Assembly (NCBI GenBank): GCA_012295275.1
Contig: CM022671.1
Coordinates: forward strand, 29,264,001 to 29,328,000
Direction of reading: 5' to 3'
DNA: 64,000 nt
Origin: Chrysomallon squamiferum
Taxonomy: Eukaryota; Animalia; Mollusca
Shown: one piece after another, positions 1 through 15,800 of the stretch
Layout: every line of letters starts with the position of its first letter
Position numbering within the stretch: the first letter of the stretch is position 1
Translations under genes and position numbers: made by a program
The notes under the pieces: model-generated
Told to the model about the DNA's origin: nothing
Seen by the model: the letters and a program-made list of their open reading frames with translations, nothing else
Databases searched by the model: none

Positions 1-1521
1 ATAGCTAGTACAGTGGAATTCAAAACACAACCATATATACATTTAATCCTGAAGAAAAAAAAATACAAACAAAAAATAAAAGAAAAATATATAAATATTG
101 ATACATTTATTATCAAAATTCACTCATCTTGGATGAATTTTTATACCCATGCACCAAACATACATACGAAAATACAATTTTTTTGTTTTCAAAGCTGTGG
201 ATTCTAATTTAATGACAAATTTGGAGAAACTAAAATTTTGGTGTCGGGAACAATGTGCAGCTATTATACAAAATTCTTTAGCACCAATACTTTTAACCTA
301 AATATTTCTTCAATGAAATAAAAAACAGATTAAAATATATTAACAGCCAAAATATGAAATTCAACATAATGACTGGTGAGGACAAGTGTTTTGATCACTA
401 TGACAGTACCCTCTTACCCACATATCATCAAATAAACTGTCTCTCAACTGAGTATGAAATGAATTCACATAGATCAATTATTTACAGATGTTGTTATTCA
501 GTGGCCTTCTTTTAGGAAAACTGCATCCATGAACGAGTAACATCATACAACGTAAGGGATTGTTTATGAGGTGTCGTCATTTATGGGATGCTAAAACGTC
601 TGAACTTCATTACACAGAATCTGTAATATTTCATGTTTACTACTACTAATGACACATATTTATCTTGTTTATCACATTGTGTCCATGTTTATCCAATTAC
701 TGCTGAAAATGGAAACACTTATAGATGCCAGTGAACAATATTCTTAACTGGATAAAGTTTCCACAAGGCCGTTAACAATTAACAGAGTTCTGAATGTAAG
801 TTGCATATTTGAACAAGAAATGGTGATTACTAATATGTATTTAAAAAAAATATAATAATAATAATAACTACACATGGTAAATAAGGTAATAAAATTAATA
901 ATGTTCTAAGATTTAGACTGTTTACAATGTAATAGAATAGAAAATTAATTATTCACTTTCAGAAAGAGAGGATCACATTCGTAATACACCATACAATAAA
1001 TTATTAAATAATCAATGGAAAACTATTTGGTCTTGAAGTAATATTTACATATTCAAGTGAAAATGGCAAAAAGTTTTGGTTGTTATTTTTTAATTTAGTT
1101 TATATAATAATAATAATAATAAAAGCAACAACAACAACAACGACCAATAATAAAATGAAGAGAAGTAAAACTATTTTAACAGAAAGTAAACTAGCAGTTA
1201 ATCTACTTTATTAGAAAAAATAAAATAGTGTTCTCAGTTCTAATGTATAATTTTTTTTTTAAATTAAGTAAGTGAAAATACAAGATCTTTCTTAACTGTT
1301 ACTGAGATCAGAGAGTACTGAACAAGAAAATAACGTGTGACAAAGAAGGGGAGATAAGTCACACACACACAGGCACAGCATCTCGGAACTCATAATTAAC
1401 AATGACCTTTCACACATATTACAATGATAAATGACAGAAAAAGAAAAATGAGTAATTTAGATCAATGAGATGAACCGGAAAACAAATAATACAAAAAAAA
1501 ATATCCAAAACTGTCCTATCA

Positions 1522-3866
<2,345 letters not shown>

Positions 3867-4783
3867 GATTCCAACTTAAACTTTAGTTTGTTGTCAACGT
3901 GCACTTGATTGCCACGTATGGAAACTCTACGCATGCGGCGAAACTGGCCCGCAGAAAATATCTATTTCCGGAAAGGAAAAAAACAATTTAAAATATTTAA
4001 ATTTCAATTTCACATATTTTTATAATACTCAAATGGATACATATTTAAAAAACATTATGATACTTATCATTTTTAAATTTATTTGTGTCATATTTTAAAA
4101 CGATTCTGATTAACATATATATTATACTCGACACAAATAATTATGCATGATTGGAATCAATACAATTTTATTCACGTTATTGATAATTGTTGTTGATATA
4201 GCCGGTGTTGTAATTATATTTATTGTTGTTGTTGTTATTGTTTTTCAATAATTTATTTGGCTATTAGCTTTGGATTATTTACATATTCTAAGGTGAGAGG
4301 TTAATTTAAATCAACTTAGACCTAATTATAAGCATATATCATGACTATAACAATAATTAGAAAAAGAAAGAAAGAAAGATAGAATGAAAAATTCAGCAGA
4401 TAGTATGCATAGTATAATTTTATATATTTTTAATATGAGCATAGTAAATGTTTATTATTAACGTTGCATAATCACAGAAGAAGAAACATTTATTTTCAAA
4501 AAAATTAAATTATCACTGTAATAACCTGTATTATATATAAATAATTAATAATATTAATTATATCTCGGATTATCTCCCTTTATGCCGCGATTTTTCACAT
4601 CTTATCACATAAACGTTACTCAGTAGTCTAACGTTTTTTTCGATCTGTATACTATTGGCAAACCTTCCCGGAAGTAATACATTTAGTGGGCAGGATCAAC
4701 AACTCGTGATGGCTTGATAATTTCGGACGATCAGTTTTGTCATTATGGAATTTTCTCATTTCTGAATTTCTGTAAGGATTCCA
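3867..4783. promoter_or_regulatory. Probable bidirectional promoter/5' UTR region between TMED2 and the RILP-like gene
   Basis: Divergent start codons 917 bp apart; local CpG enrichment at 3895-3975 and 4560-4740; TGCCACGT at 3910-3917, GCATGCG near 3931, ETS-type CCGGAAGT at 4668-4675. Confidence 0.6.
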
Positions 4784-5242
4784 ATGGATTCCCCAATCAT
4801 TTCTGATCGGAGAATGTCTGAAGAATGGGTAATCACAGTGACTGATGTATACGACCAAGCGGCAGGAATAGCACAGGAATTCGACAAGCTTATAACTGTC
4901 TATGGGAATGACTCAGTGACGGACCTTATGCCTAAAGTGATCAAGGCTTTGGAACAACTTGAAATTTTGGCTTGTCGGTATGAACATGATAACGAAGAGA
5001 TTTCACAGCTGAAACTTGTTATAGAGAAACTGCAAGCAGAGAAACTTGAAAAAGCACAAGAGAGGGCAAGATTCGAACAAGTATGTTACTAAGTAGTAAC
5101 TAAAAATTAAAATCAATATTCATTATATTATATTTATTTATTAGTATTATAAAATAATAATTATTAATTACATACCAATATTATTACAAGTATTTCATTA
5201 GTATAGCCTTCAGGTTCAAATCGTTTTATAAGAAATGCAGCT

Positions 5243-5285
<43 letters not shown>

Positions 5286-8200
5286 CACATACACACATAT
5301 ACACACACACAAACACTGATGAAATAATCATTCTGACTGTTACATTGTTATTAATTTTAATATAAGAAAAAAAAAAAATAAAAAAAAATAAAATAGAAGA
5401 ACAAAAAAAGAAAGTTAAACAAGGAAATATATAGTTAACTTCCTTAATTCACAAGCGTCTACATTCTTTTTTATTCTGCATCCTCTTTGCTGACTTAACT
5501 ATATAAGAGTTAAGTCATCATAAACCTACAATGTAATCAACATTTTTTTTGTGTTTGACATACGATGATACTTGATATCTGTAATGTTTTGATCCAATTA
5601 ATTAATTCTAAAATAAATCATAGTTTATGTTTCTTTCTGTTCTTTGTGATTATGAGACTGTAATTTGTTTATGTCATTGTTAGTATGTTAATTGATTAGT
5701 TACAGAGAATTTGTTGGTTTAAGATAACAAAAAATAATAATAACAACAACAACACTAATAATAATCTTAAATAATATAAAATTAAATAAAAATTAATTAA
5801 TTAAAAATATAGTATAATGGAAAATTAAAAAAATTCTTTCATTGTAATTATATTTTTTTGATTCAGTTTTATTCTTATTCAATTGCATGTGGTTCCTGTT
5901 ATGTGGAGGTATAAAAATAGAAATAATTCTTTTGTTATGGGATCAAGCATGATGAATTATATAAAAGAATGGTGTTTCTATGTCATAAATTATGTCGTAC
6001 TTCAGAGTAAATCCAGCTCACAGTTATGTGATGCATAAGAAAACAAAGAGAACCCAGGGGCACTACCCAGTGTGAAATGTCTTAATGAATGTTGATGTCA
6101 GGTGAATAATGAAGCAGCATGCACAACATTTTGATTATTAGTCTTACCATAAATTTGTGTTATTTTATTTGATCTCTGACCTCTGATATATTAATAATAT
6201 TTGGTTGGAATGAAAGTTTATCACAGTTTTAAAGTAAAATTCACAGACTTCATTTAGATATTTGTACATAGATTTATTCAGTCATATATGTGAAGTTTTG
6301 TTCTGTTACCATCAGCCATCTTTGAGATAGCTTCAAGTTTCCATCCTTCCAGAAACTGGATATCTTTCATGGTGATATACAGGTCTAAATACTGCAAACT
6401 TTTGTTCCAGTCATTTGCTAAATTATTTATGTTAATTTTATTTCTTAATTTTTTTTTAGATTAAACATTATGCAGTTTCTATTTACTATATGTCTCCATT
6501 TCAAGTAGTCTTGTTTATAAATGTCATCACAAATTCTTAAGCATAAATGTAATACATAACAGGTCATGTTTAAGATACTGTTTATACTAATAAATTATTT
6601 AGCCTTTCTTTATAATGAGATTAATTCCTAATTATAATAATTCAAACATAATCCATTCAGGTATGTGGTTTATAGTTACACATATTTGGGTTCATATATA
6701 TATATATATATATATATATAAATTATTTGTGCAAAATGTTTGACTAATGTATAACTATGTGTTTATAAGTGGTGTGTGTATATTATGTGTATGTGTGTGC
6801 AAAATTATTTGTATGTTTGTGTATGTTTATGTACATGTAAAATGTTTGACAGTTGTATATATATATGTGCATATATGTCTGTTAATTTCTGATTATCAGA
6901 AAAGTTGACAGTCTCATGTATTCTGATATTGATAATTTCTATATTTATATTTATCAGTTATTACTCAAAATCACGTGAAATGATGAGTAATCTGAAATAT
7001 TGATTCAGTAACAAATGTTTATTTTGTTTATTACTTTTATTATAATAATATAATAAGGATGAATGTTTTGTATATTTATTAGTAATGTCATTATAGATTA
7101 AGCATACAATCATAATGCATTTTGAATATTATACCAAAGCATGTTAACTCACTTTAAATCTATAATTATTAATATTATAGGTAACAGACAGAGGTGTGTG
7201 AGTGTGTGTCTGTGTGTGTAAATGTGACGATCATATGCCTAAATCTAGCAGCTATATAGCAACCAGCAGAATATCACTGACAAAAGAATAAACAAAACTA
7301 GAAAAGTAAAATAATTTTGTTAAAATAATTATTATATGTTACAGACTACACTAACATTATATGCATGTTATTATTCTTACATTATTATTTATTTATTTAT
7401 TTATTTATTTTTTTTTTTTTTTACTTAATTTAGTAATAATAGTAGCACTAGTAGTATTTTTTTTTTTCATTATTCCAACTTAAGAATGAGAAAATTTAAA
7501 TGAACTTTAGAATTTGTCAGTATAATAAACAAAATTTGCCTTCTAAATTAAATAACTGTTTATTGGCATGATAAAGACTGATTACAACAATGGGGACAAT
7601 AGAATGATGTACAGGTTAAGAAGTACATCACCAGATTTATCTATGACACACTTGAAAACTGATCTTTGAATCTTGGTGACAAATAATGATTAACAAGTTC
7701 AATTTGGTAATGCTGACTGAATAGTTGGCCAGTCATGGCTCATTTGTTAAAGCATAGGGCTAATATATAACAAGTCAGAGGATTAGTCCTTAGATCTCTC
7801 ACTGAGCTATTTCATGCCCAAATCAGGAACTTGCACCTGGTTTACCAAAGTTTGTGTGGGAAGGTATATATAAAATATTCCTTACTTCTATTCCAGAAAG
7901 AATAATGTATCATGTGATAACATCACCAGGTTTCTTCTTTCATTATGGTTCCTAGCCCTCTGCATGAATCTATGATGTCATACTATCATAGATTAAAATT
8001 TTGTCAAATGCATTGTTAAACAAAAATAAAAAAACATTTCTTCCTGATTGCCCAAATAGAACCTTTTATTGATATTGTTGAAATTTAATACATTATCATA
8101 AATACTTTAAAACTTATATGTATAATCTTTATTAGTTTATATATATATATATACATGTGCACACATGCAGACATACATATATATACATATGCTCACACAC

Positions 8201-9198
8201 TGACACAAATATACATACATATTTGATATTTATGAATTCTTAGAGTGTGAATTGGATTATAAAGGAATAATCTGGACAATTTATAGAACAGCTGCTGCAG
8301 CACCTGCAGAAATACAGATGATTATTCTAAAGAATAACTTAACCTGATCTTAACAGGATTATTTGACAAGTTAGTCTTAAAAGAAGAATCTTTATTTTAT
8401 TACTTTTCTTTTATGGTCTTTTTAAGCCAGACAGAGAGGCAGATCAGGTTTTTAAAAATAATTCAAAATATTTCGCTGTAGTGCAGAATTTAAAATAAAC
8501 CTTGCATTATTGGATTTTTATACACATGCAACACAAACACACATACACACACTCATACATATACTATAAATACAAGTAGAAACAGAGGTACATAGAATCA
8601 TACACTCATACATGTATATATATATATAAATTCATATACATACAAAAATAAAACACAGAATCCATATGTGATATCCATCCTTACTGCCATTTAATCAAAA
8701 TGTTTTTTTTTATCTTGACGACTAACTGGACAATTTCTATCATATTACGTTAAGTCTGTGACATCACTGGTCAGTAATATCAAATACTTTCTTTTAAAAT
8801 TCACAGTCAGTCTCCCGAGACCAATTACAAACGTACTTGTTGATTAATGAATCAGCATTGATTTGATGTCCACTGACGTAGTTTGTCTCAGCACTCCTTT
8901 GAGAATATGGCCGCTTAACAACCTTTGAGAATTTTGTCACTTATTGATTTCATGCCTCTAGCAAATGTTGTTATCGGTTTTAGTTAATTATCTAGCCTGG
9001 AAATGTTTTTTTTCTTCTTTCTTTCTTAAATGTTTTGTGTATGTGGATTAAGGAAATAAAATTGAATTGATTGGACTGCATTATGTGCAGGTGTGTTTCA
9101 ACTGTGGGTATCTTAAAAAAAATAAAGAAACAAAAAATATATAAATAATAAAATAATAATGCAAATTTTATAGATGTCTTTCTGTTTGTTTGTTTTTG

Positions 9199-9241
<43 letters not shown>

Positions 9242-10925
9242 TTTTTTCTTTTATTTATTTATTTATATTTTTTCTTTTATTTATTTATTTTGTTTTTTGT
9301 TTTTGTTTATATATTTATGTAAGTTTATAAACATTTTGAATTGTTAATTATTCTTTAAACAATATTTTAGTATATTTGTTTCTTTGACAAATAATTTTTG
9401 ACTAAAAAAACGAATGTAAAAATATTGATTAGAACTTGAAATTTAATTTGTAGCAGTTTTTCAGATTTCCATATATAGCTCTAAGTCTCTTATGAGCAAA
9501 GAATTTTGTGTCTGTACTTTTTTATACTATTCAAAAGGATTTAACAAAATAAATAAAACAAATATTTCAGGTATTTAGAATAATGAAAGAGCTACACTGT
9601 CCCTGTTATTTAACAAGATGTGCAAATGTAGGACAAAACATGCAGTTTAAAAGCTAGCTAATTTTACATATTTATACTGACACACATACACACATACAAT
9701 AAGAAACTTTAGCAGTGCTTGGTGCCTTTTATATAATTAAGTAGACATCACAACATTTTCTTTTGCATATTATACCCCCTACATATGTCCACACACACAT
9801 ACACACACAGGCACGCACACACACAAACACACACACACACATGCACACGCATACACATACACACACATATATATATATATACACACACACATATACATAT
9901 GACACTTTAACAGTGCTTGGTGCCTTTTATGTAATTAAGTAGACATCACACCATTTTCTTTTGCATATATGCACCCCCCCCACACATATATATCCAGTCA
10001 TTATGATTATAATGCAGTAAAGTAGCAGTTTAAAATTCATGGGATCCTTCACTAAATTGACAAATAGATTGGAATCTTTGTCTCCAAGGACTTGGTCATC
10101 TCAAACTTCAGTTCTTAATTTACCCTGGGAAAATGAGATCCACTTTTGACCAGTTAATCTCTTGTATTTAACTGATGAAGTTCATTCCAGGATGTCCTTG
10201 TTTTATTATTTCAATTACCATGCAGTATCTTTTAATAGCTGTTACGTGCTAAACAATCACAGAATCATTCTCCATACAGTGGACAATTTATGTAGCCTAT
10301 ACCACATGTTGTAAGAAGGAAAAACAAAATTCATAATAATTATTATTATATTGTTTTATAGTAAATATTATTATTAAATAAACACACAGACATTTTACCT
10401 GATTAATGTTTATTCAGGATAGCACTGAAGACTGTTAATGGATTAATAAACTTTAATCTTTGGGGAAATTATCAGTAGAGGATTGATTGACCAAGTTAAA
10501 GCTTTTTAATTTGTGATGTAGCAAGCTCGAAGGAGACACTTAACATGAAGTCTTCCTGTGCACATTCTGCAGCTTCCTTCTGTTGACAATGGTGAGTAAA
10601 GTGTGATGTTGGGGAGATCAACAGAAATGAGAGGAAGACCAAAGAGTTAGTTCAAATATCACTTACATTAGCACTTGCTTCGAGAAGTGGTATGAAAAAA
10701 AGAGAGTATTCAGCAAAGTGCTGTCACAGAGAAATTCATTCAGAAAGTGAAAGACATCTGTCAGACAAAACAAGGAATACATGAGTCTAAAATTAATTGA
10801 ATGAAATTTTTGTCTGATATATATTAATTAATTAAGTATAAAAACATATTTTGACCCATAATAAATGACATTGTTACTGGGTGATATTAAACTTGTATTT
10901 GAGGCATTGACAAGGATTTTACACA

Positions 10926-10973
<48 letters not shown>

Positions 10974-11619
10974 GAGAGGGAGAGACCCACAGTTACAGAT
11001 ATATGTGTACACAAACTCTTACAAACATTCAGATCTCATCACAAAAATATTATTTTAAAGCAAATTATTCTGCTTATAGTTACACTCTTGACAGTATTAA
11101 AAAAACTACAAAATATATTATGGAGAGGAACAATAATTAAATGAAAAAAAAAATGCATAATTTATTTGTGTATATATTTGTGTGTGTGTGTGTTTCTCTA
11201 TGTTTATATATGTATATGCATTTTTGTCTTCACATTTTAACCTGTATTTACACATAAATGAGCCATTTGGAATTACATTGGAAGTCTGCAAAGTCGACAT
11301 GTAGTCTATCACTGGCTTTCGTCAACTTTAAAACTTTTACATTTCTATGAAAACTTTCACCAGTGTAACACTGCTAACCTTTTATGAATGCTGATGCCTC
11401 AAGCTACATGACTAATTCAGAGGATTAACACTAAAATAACAAGCAAAACCTGAGGCTTCCAGTAACATGTGTCATTTCAGTTCATCCTGTATTTTAAAAC
11501 GTCACTTTTAACATGTACTGTCAGTATTATAGAGTGGAATAGGTGACCTAATTATTTTTATTATTTTGAAAACAGTGTTATGTATGGAATGTTCTTTTAA
11601 TGATCATCAAAACTTCCTT

Positions 11620-11671
<52 letters not shown>

Positions 11672-12770
11672 ATGCAGCATACGTATTTAACAATTTAAAT
11701 AGAATTTCTGAAGGACTTGCCATTCAAAAATAATAATATAAAATAAAAGAAGAAAGTTATATTTATTTTGTGTTTGCTTTTTATCTTTTTAAGAAAAAAA
11801 TGTTTGTTTATTAATATTTGTATTTGGTTCCTCCTTAGGGATTGCATTGCTGTCGCCAAACAAAATTTAAAAAACGTGGTAAATAAAATAAATAAATAAA
11901 TAAAAAGTTTAACAAAGAAAAAGTAAAGAAAGAATATAAAAATAAATGTGCCTGTATGTCAGATTTCCAGCAGTAATTAATATAACTATATCTTTGTCTA
12001 AGTAATGTATTGGGGGGGGGGTAGGGGTGCATTTTCTGTAATTAATTAAAGTAACCAGGGGCAGATTCGTTATGAAACCATGAAGCTAAAGCTTCATGAA
12101 CCCAGATACTGGAATAATCCCCAGAAGCAACTTTACTCTGTATAGCGTCAAAATAAGCCTCAAAAATGTAGGTCTGCCATTGTGTGTAAATATATTTGTA
12201 TATATGTCTGTTTGTATACCACATATGTACACAGTTAATTAAAGTTTGTGTGTTTGCAGGAGTTGGAACAGATAGAGGAGAACTGGCAGAGTGAGGTGAA
12301 GTCACTGTTGTGGGATATCAGTAAACTCCAGAATGAGAAGAAGAAACTCACTGACCATCTGCAGGACACTAAACAGGCCATCGTGGAGGAGGTCATCCAG
12401 GTCCACAAACGTAAGTTCATCATACACATGTACGTACTGCGTACAAATGTAACTCCACTGAAATTATGGATATAAATATGAACAATGTGCATCTGTCTAT
12501 CTGTTTTTTATTTACCTCTATATGTCATTATATGTGTGTGAGACTGTTCTTTCTTTCTCTCTTTTTGTTCTAATTGTTGTTGTTTTTTTTTTTTTTCTGA
12601 TTGTAGTAAATATATTAATGTGTTCATCCATCTATCCTCCTGTCTGTATGTGTATTCATATAAACATTCATATTTATATGTATATTTGTACATATATGTA
12701 TATAGGCACTTGCGTATGTATGTGTATATGTGCATATGTATATATGTATGTGTATATGTATATGTGTGTG

Positions 12771-12809
<39 letters not shown>

Positions 12810-15800
12810 CTCTGTGTGTGTGACACTTTACTTGACATGACAAATATACATTATCAAAATTAGTTCTTTCACAGCAGCAGTTTTTCTTTCCACATTATAT
12901 CATATTAACACCTGGTAAGAAAATGATTTTTGTGACCTGTTTTCAGGATCTGAAGAAGAAGAAATAAAAGTGTTGACAAAACTGAAGGAGACTGTAGATA
13001 AACAGAGAAATGAGCTGAGAAATGTGAAAAGAGAAGTGAAACAGAAGAGTGCTGACTGTGATGCTGTAAATTTAATTAATTATTTAAGTCTTCTTTTTTA
13101 CATACATAATTGCATGGAATTAGAGGAAAATAATAAAAAATATATTATGTGCTTATTTGCTATCAGGGGCTTTAATGGATACATACTTCTTCACTGGTTC
13201 AGGAATAAAATACAGTTTTATATTATTCATTTTGTCTGGGTCTGGTTTTCATTTAATTTCTGTGCTGTTCTTTCTCACAAAAAGGTATAAGGAACAAAAT
13301 AAAATACATATGGGATTTCTATTTTGTTTGGTGTTCAGCATTTCAAATACATTATTTTTGTTCCCATAAAAAGGTTTTGGTGGAATAAAATAAAGGTTTA
13401 ATGGTTCCTTTATTTGTAAGCTGGCTTTATTTTTAAGACAGAATATACTGTGAAATTTTTGACTGTATTAAATGGGTCAGTGAAGTTATTAACATTACTT
13501 TAACCTTAAGAAAAGGATTTATGTCAGTAGTTTGATTTCACAAATCAGTAAATTGTTCATCATTATCCAATTTCATCATCTCACCATTCCACCAGTGTCC
13601 TTTGGGTCTGTTTAAATAATGATTTTGTTATTCAGTTTAATCAGATATTCCCAATGGACAACACAATTTGGCCAGACATAGATATCCATCAATATGCTAC
13701 TGGAAAACCAATTAACCTACAATTCCTTCCTTTTTACCTTTTTTTATTTATTTATTTTTTCTTAATATTAAACACACACACACACACACACATAGAGCAT
13801 GAACTGTTTACATTGTATTACTACACAGAGCATATCATTAAAAATATTTTATGCTTAATTTATCTTCTCATAATTTTCTTTCTTCCTTTCTCTTCCATTG
13901 CAGCTTTCGGAACAGCTGGAGAGGATCGCTAAAGTTAATGCTGATCTTCGTCGCAAGAACAACATGCACAAGAAGCAGGCAAAAGCTCTGATAGAGGAAC
14001 GAGCTGACATTGAGGTTCAGCTCAAGGAGAAAGAGATACAGGTGACCCACATAAAAGAAATGCTTACTGAGCAGGAGAACTATGATGCAGAGAAACTGGC
14101 AAAAGACGTTCGCAGAAAAAGATCACCATCTAAAGGAGATGATGAGGAAGAGGTAGTGGTTAGAAATGCATAGAATTAATGAGTAGTTTAATACATTTAA
14201 TTATACTTCATTTTGTAATTAAGAGTGGATAGAGGAGAAGACTAAATTAGTCAGTGTATTTGAAATATAAATTTAAGAGTTTACTCACTGTTGGGGTGTA
14301 GAATGAATGAATATTTAGAACAAATTTCGTTTAATTGTAAATTTATAAATAAAAATGTACAGACAGATATGGATGCAGAAAAAGATCAAATTAATCAGTG
14401 TTTTGAAATATTTATTTGAGGACTGAAAAAACTATCCAAAACTTATGTGGTGTAGAATTAATGAATATTTTGAAATAGAGGTTGAGAATCATTTATCCAA
14501 AATCTTAGGGACTGGAAGTGTTCCGGATTTTAGAATACAGAATATATAGACATAACCTGAGAATAGGATCAAAGTCTGTAATGTGAATTCCATATATATT
14601 TCATATACAGCTTATAAAATTGTCTGCAAGATATTTTTACATAATATTTTTAATAATCTCGTGCATAAAGTAAAGTTTGGGTGTAGGCATTAATAATCAT
14701 AAAAACTGTAAGATACCACTATTTCTACTGCACAGAAAAAGGGATCTTTAACCTGTATTTTTCTAATTATACATTTATGATTAAAAATAGCCAGGTGGAC
14801 ACATGGATGGAGAACATTAATCTGTACAATATTTATCCTAGGTTGATATTAATCTGTACAATATTTATCCTAGGTTGATATTAATCTGTACAATATTTAT
14901 CCTAGGTTGATATTAATCTGTACAATATTTATCCTAGGTTGATATTAATCTGTACAATATTTATCCTAGGTTGATATTAATCTGTACAATATTTATCCTA
15001 GGTTGATATTAATCTGTACAATATTTATCCTAGGTTGATATTAATCTGTACAATATTTATCCTAGGTTGATATTAATCTGTACAATATTTATCCTAGGTT
15101 GATATTAATCTGTACAATATTTATCCTAGGTTGATATTAATGTGTACAATATTTATCCTAGATTGATTTTAATCTGTACAATATTTATCCTAGATTTATT
15201 TTAATCTGTACAATATGTATCCCAGGTTGATATTAATCTGTACAATATTTATTCTAGGTTGATATTAATCTGTACAATATTTATTCTAGGTTGATATTAA
15301 TCTGTACAATATTTATTCTAGGTTGATATTAATGAGATGAATCAAAAACTGCAACTGGAAGGTAAAATGATAATTGACTTGGCTGATCCTGATCGTCCAA
15401 GGTTTACAATGCAGGAACTGCGACAGGTTCTTTTAGAGAGGAATGAACTGAAAACAAAACTTATAGAAGTGGAAGAGGAACTAAACACATACAAACCAAA
15501 GTAAGTTTGTACCTACTCTTAGTATTATATGTATATATATATAATACACAGTGAAATACACTTTATTTCTGTAAGGTTAGTTCGAAGATGAAGGTTTGAT
15601 TTAACGAAGGTTTGGTTTATTGAGGTTTTAGTTTTTAAATATACAGGATTTTTAGCATTATTAAACTTTCACTTCAAAATATTGTTAGATTAAAAAAAAG
15701 AATCTAGCTTCAAAATAATGTTAAAGGGTCATTCCGTGTCAAATCACCCAAAAAAAAAAGAAATTTAAACCCGACCGTCTCAGATTTTTATAAAACTTGG

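Noticed and set aside
12508-12863. ORFs of 67-113 aa rich in H/T/Y/V/C
   Set aside because: Translations of TG/TA microsatellites; the same applies to ORFs at 10865, 20262, 21569-22003, 24165, 26208, 26991, 27412 and 28622.
14816-15333. CRISPR-like array (32-bp repeats containing short palindromes tgtaca, aatatt, cctagg, attaat)
   Set aside because: Units are head-to-tail with no unique spacers, there are no cas genes, and the context is a eukaryotic intron.
15548-15632. Possible mariner-type MITE remnant (cagtgaaatac...gaggttttag)
   Set aside because: Termini are too degraded to support a call.
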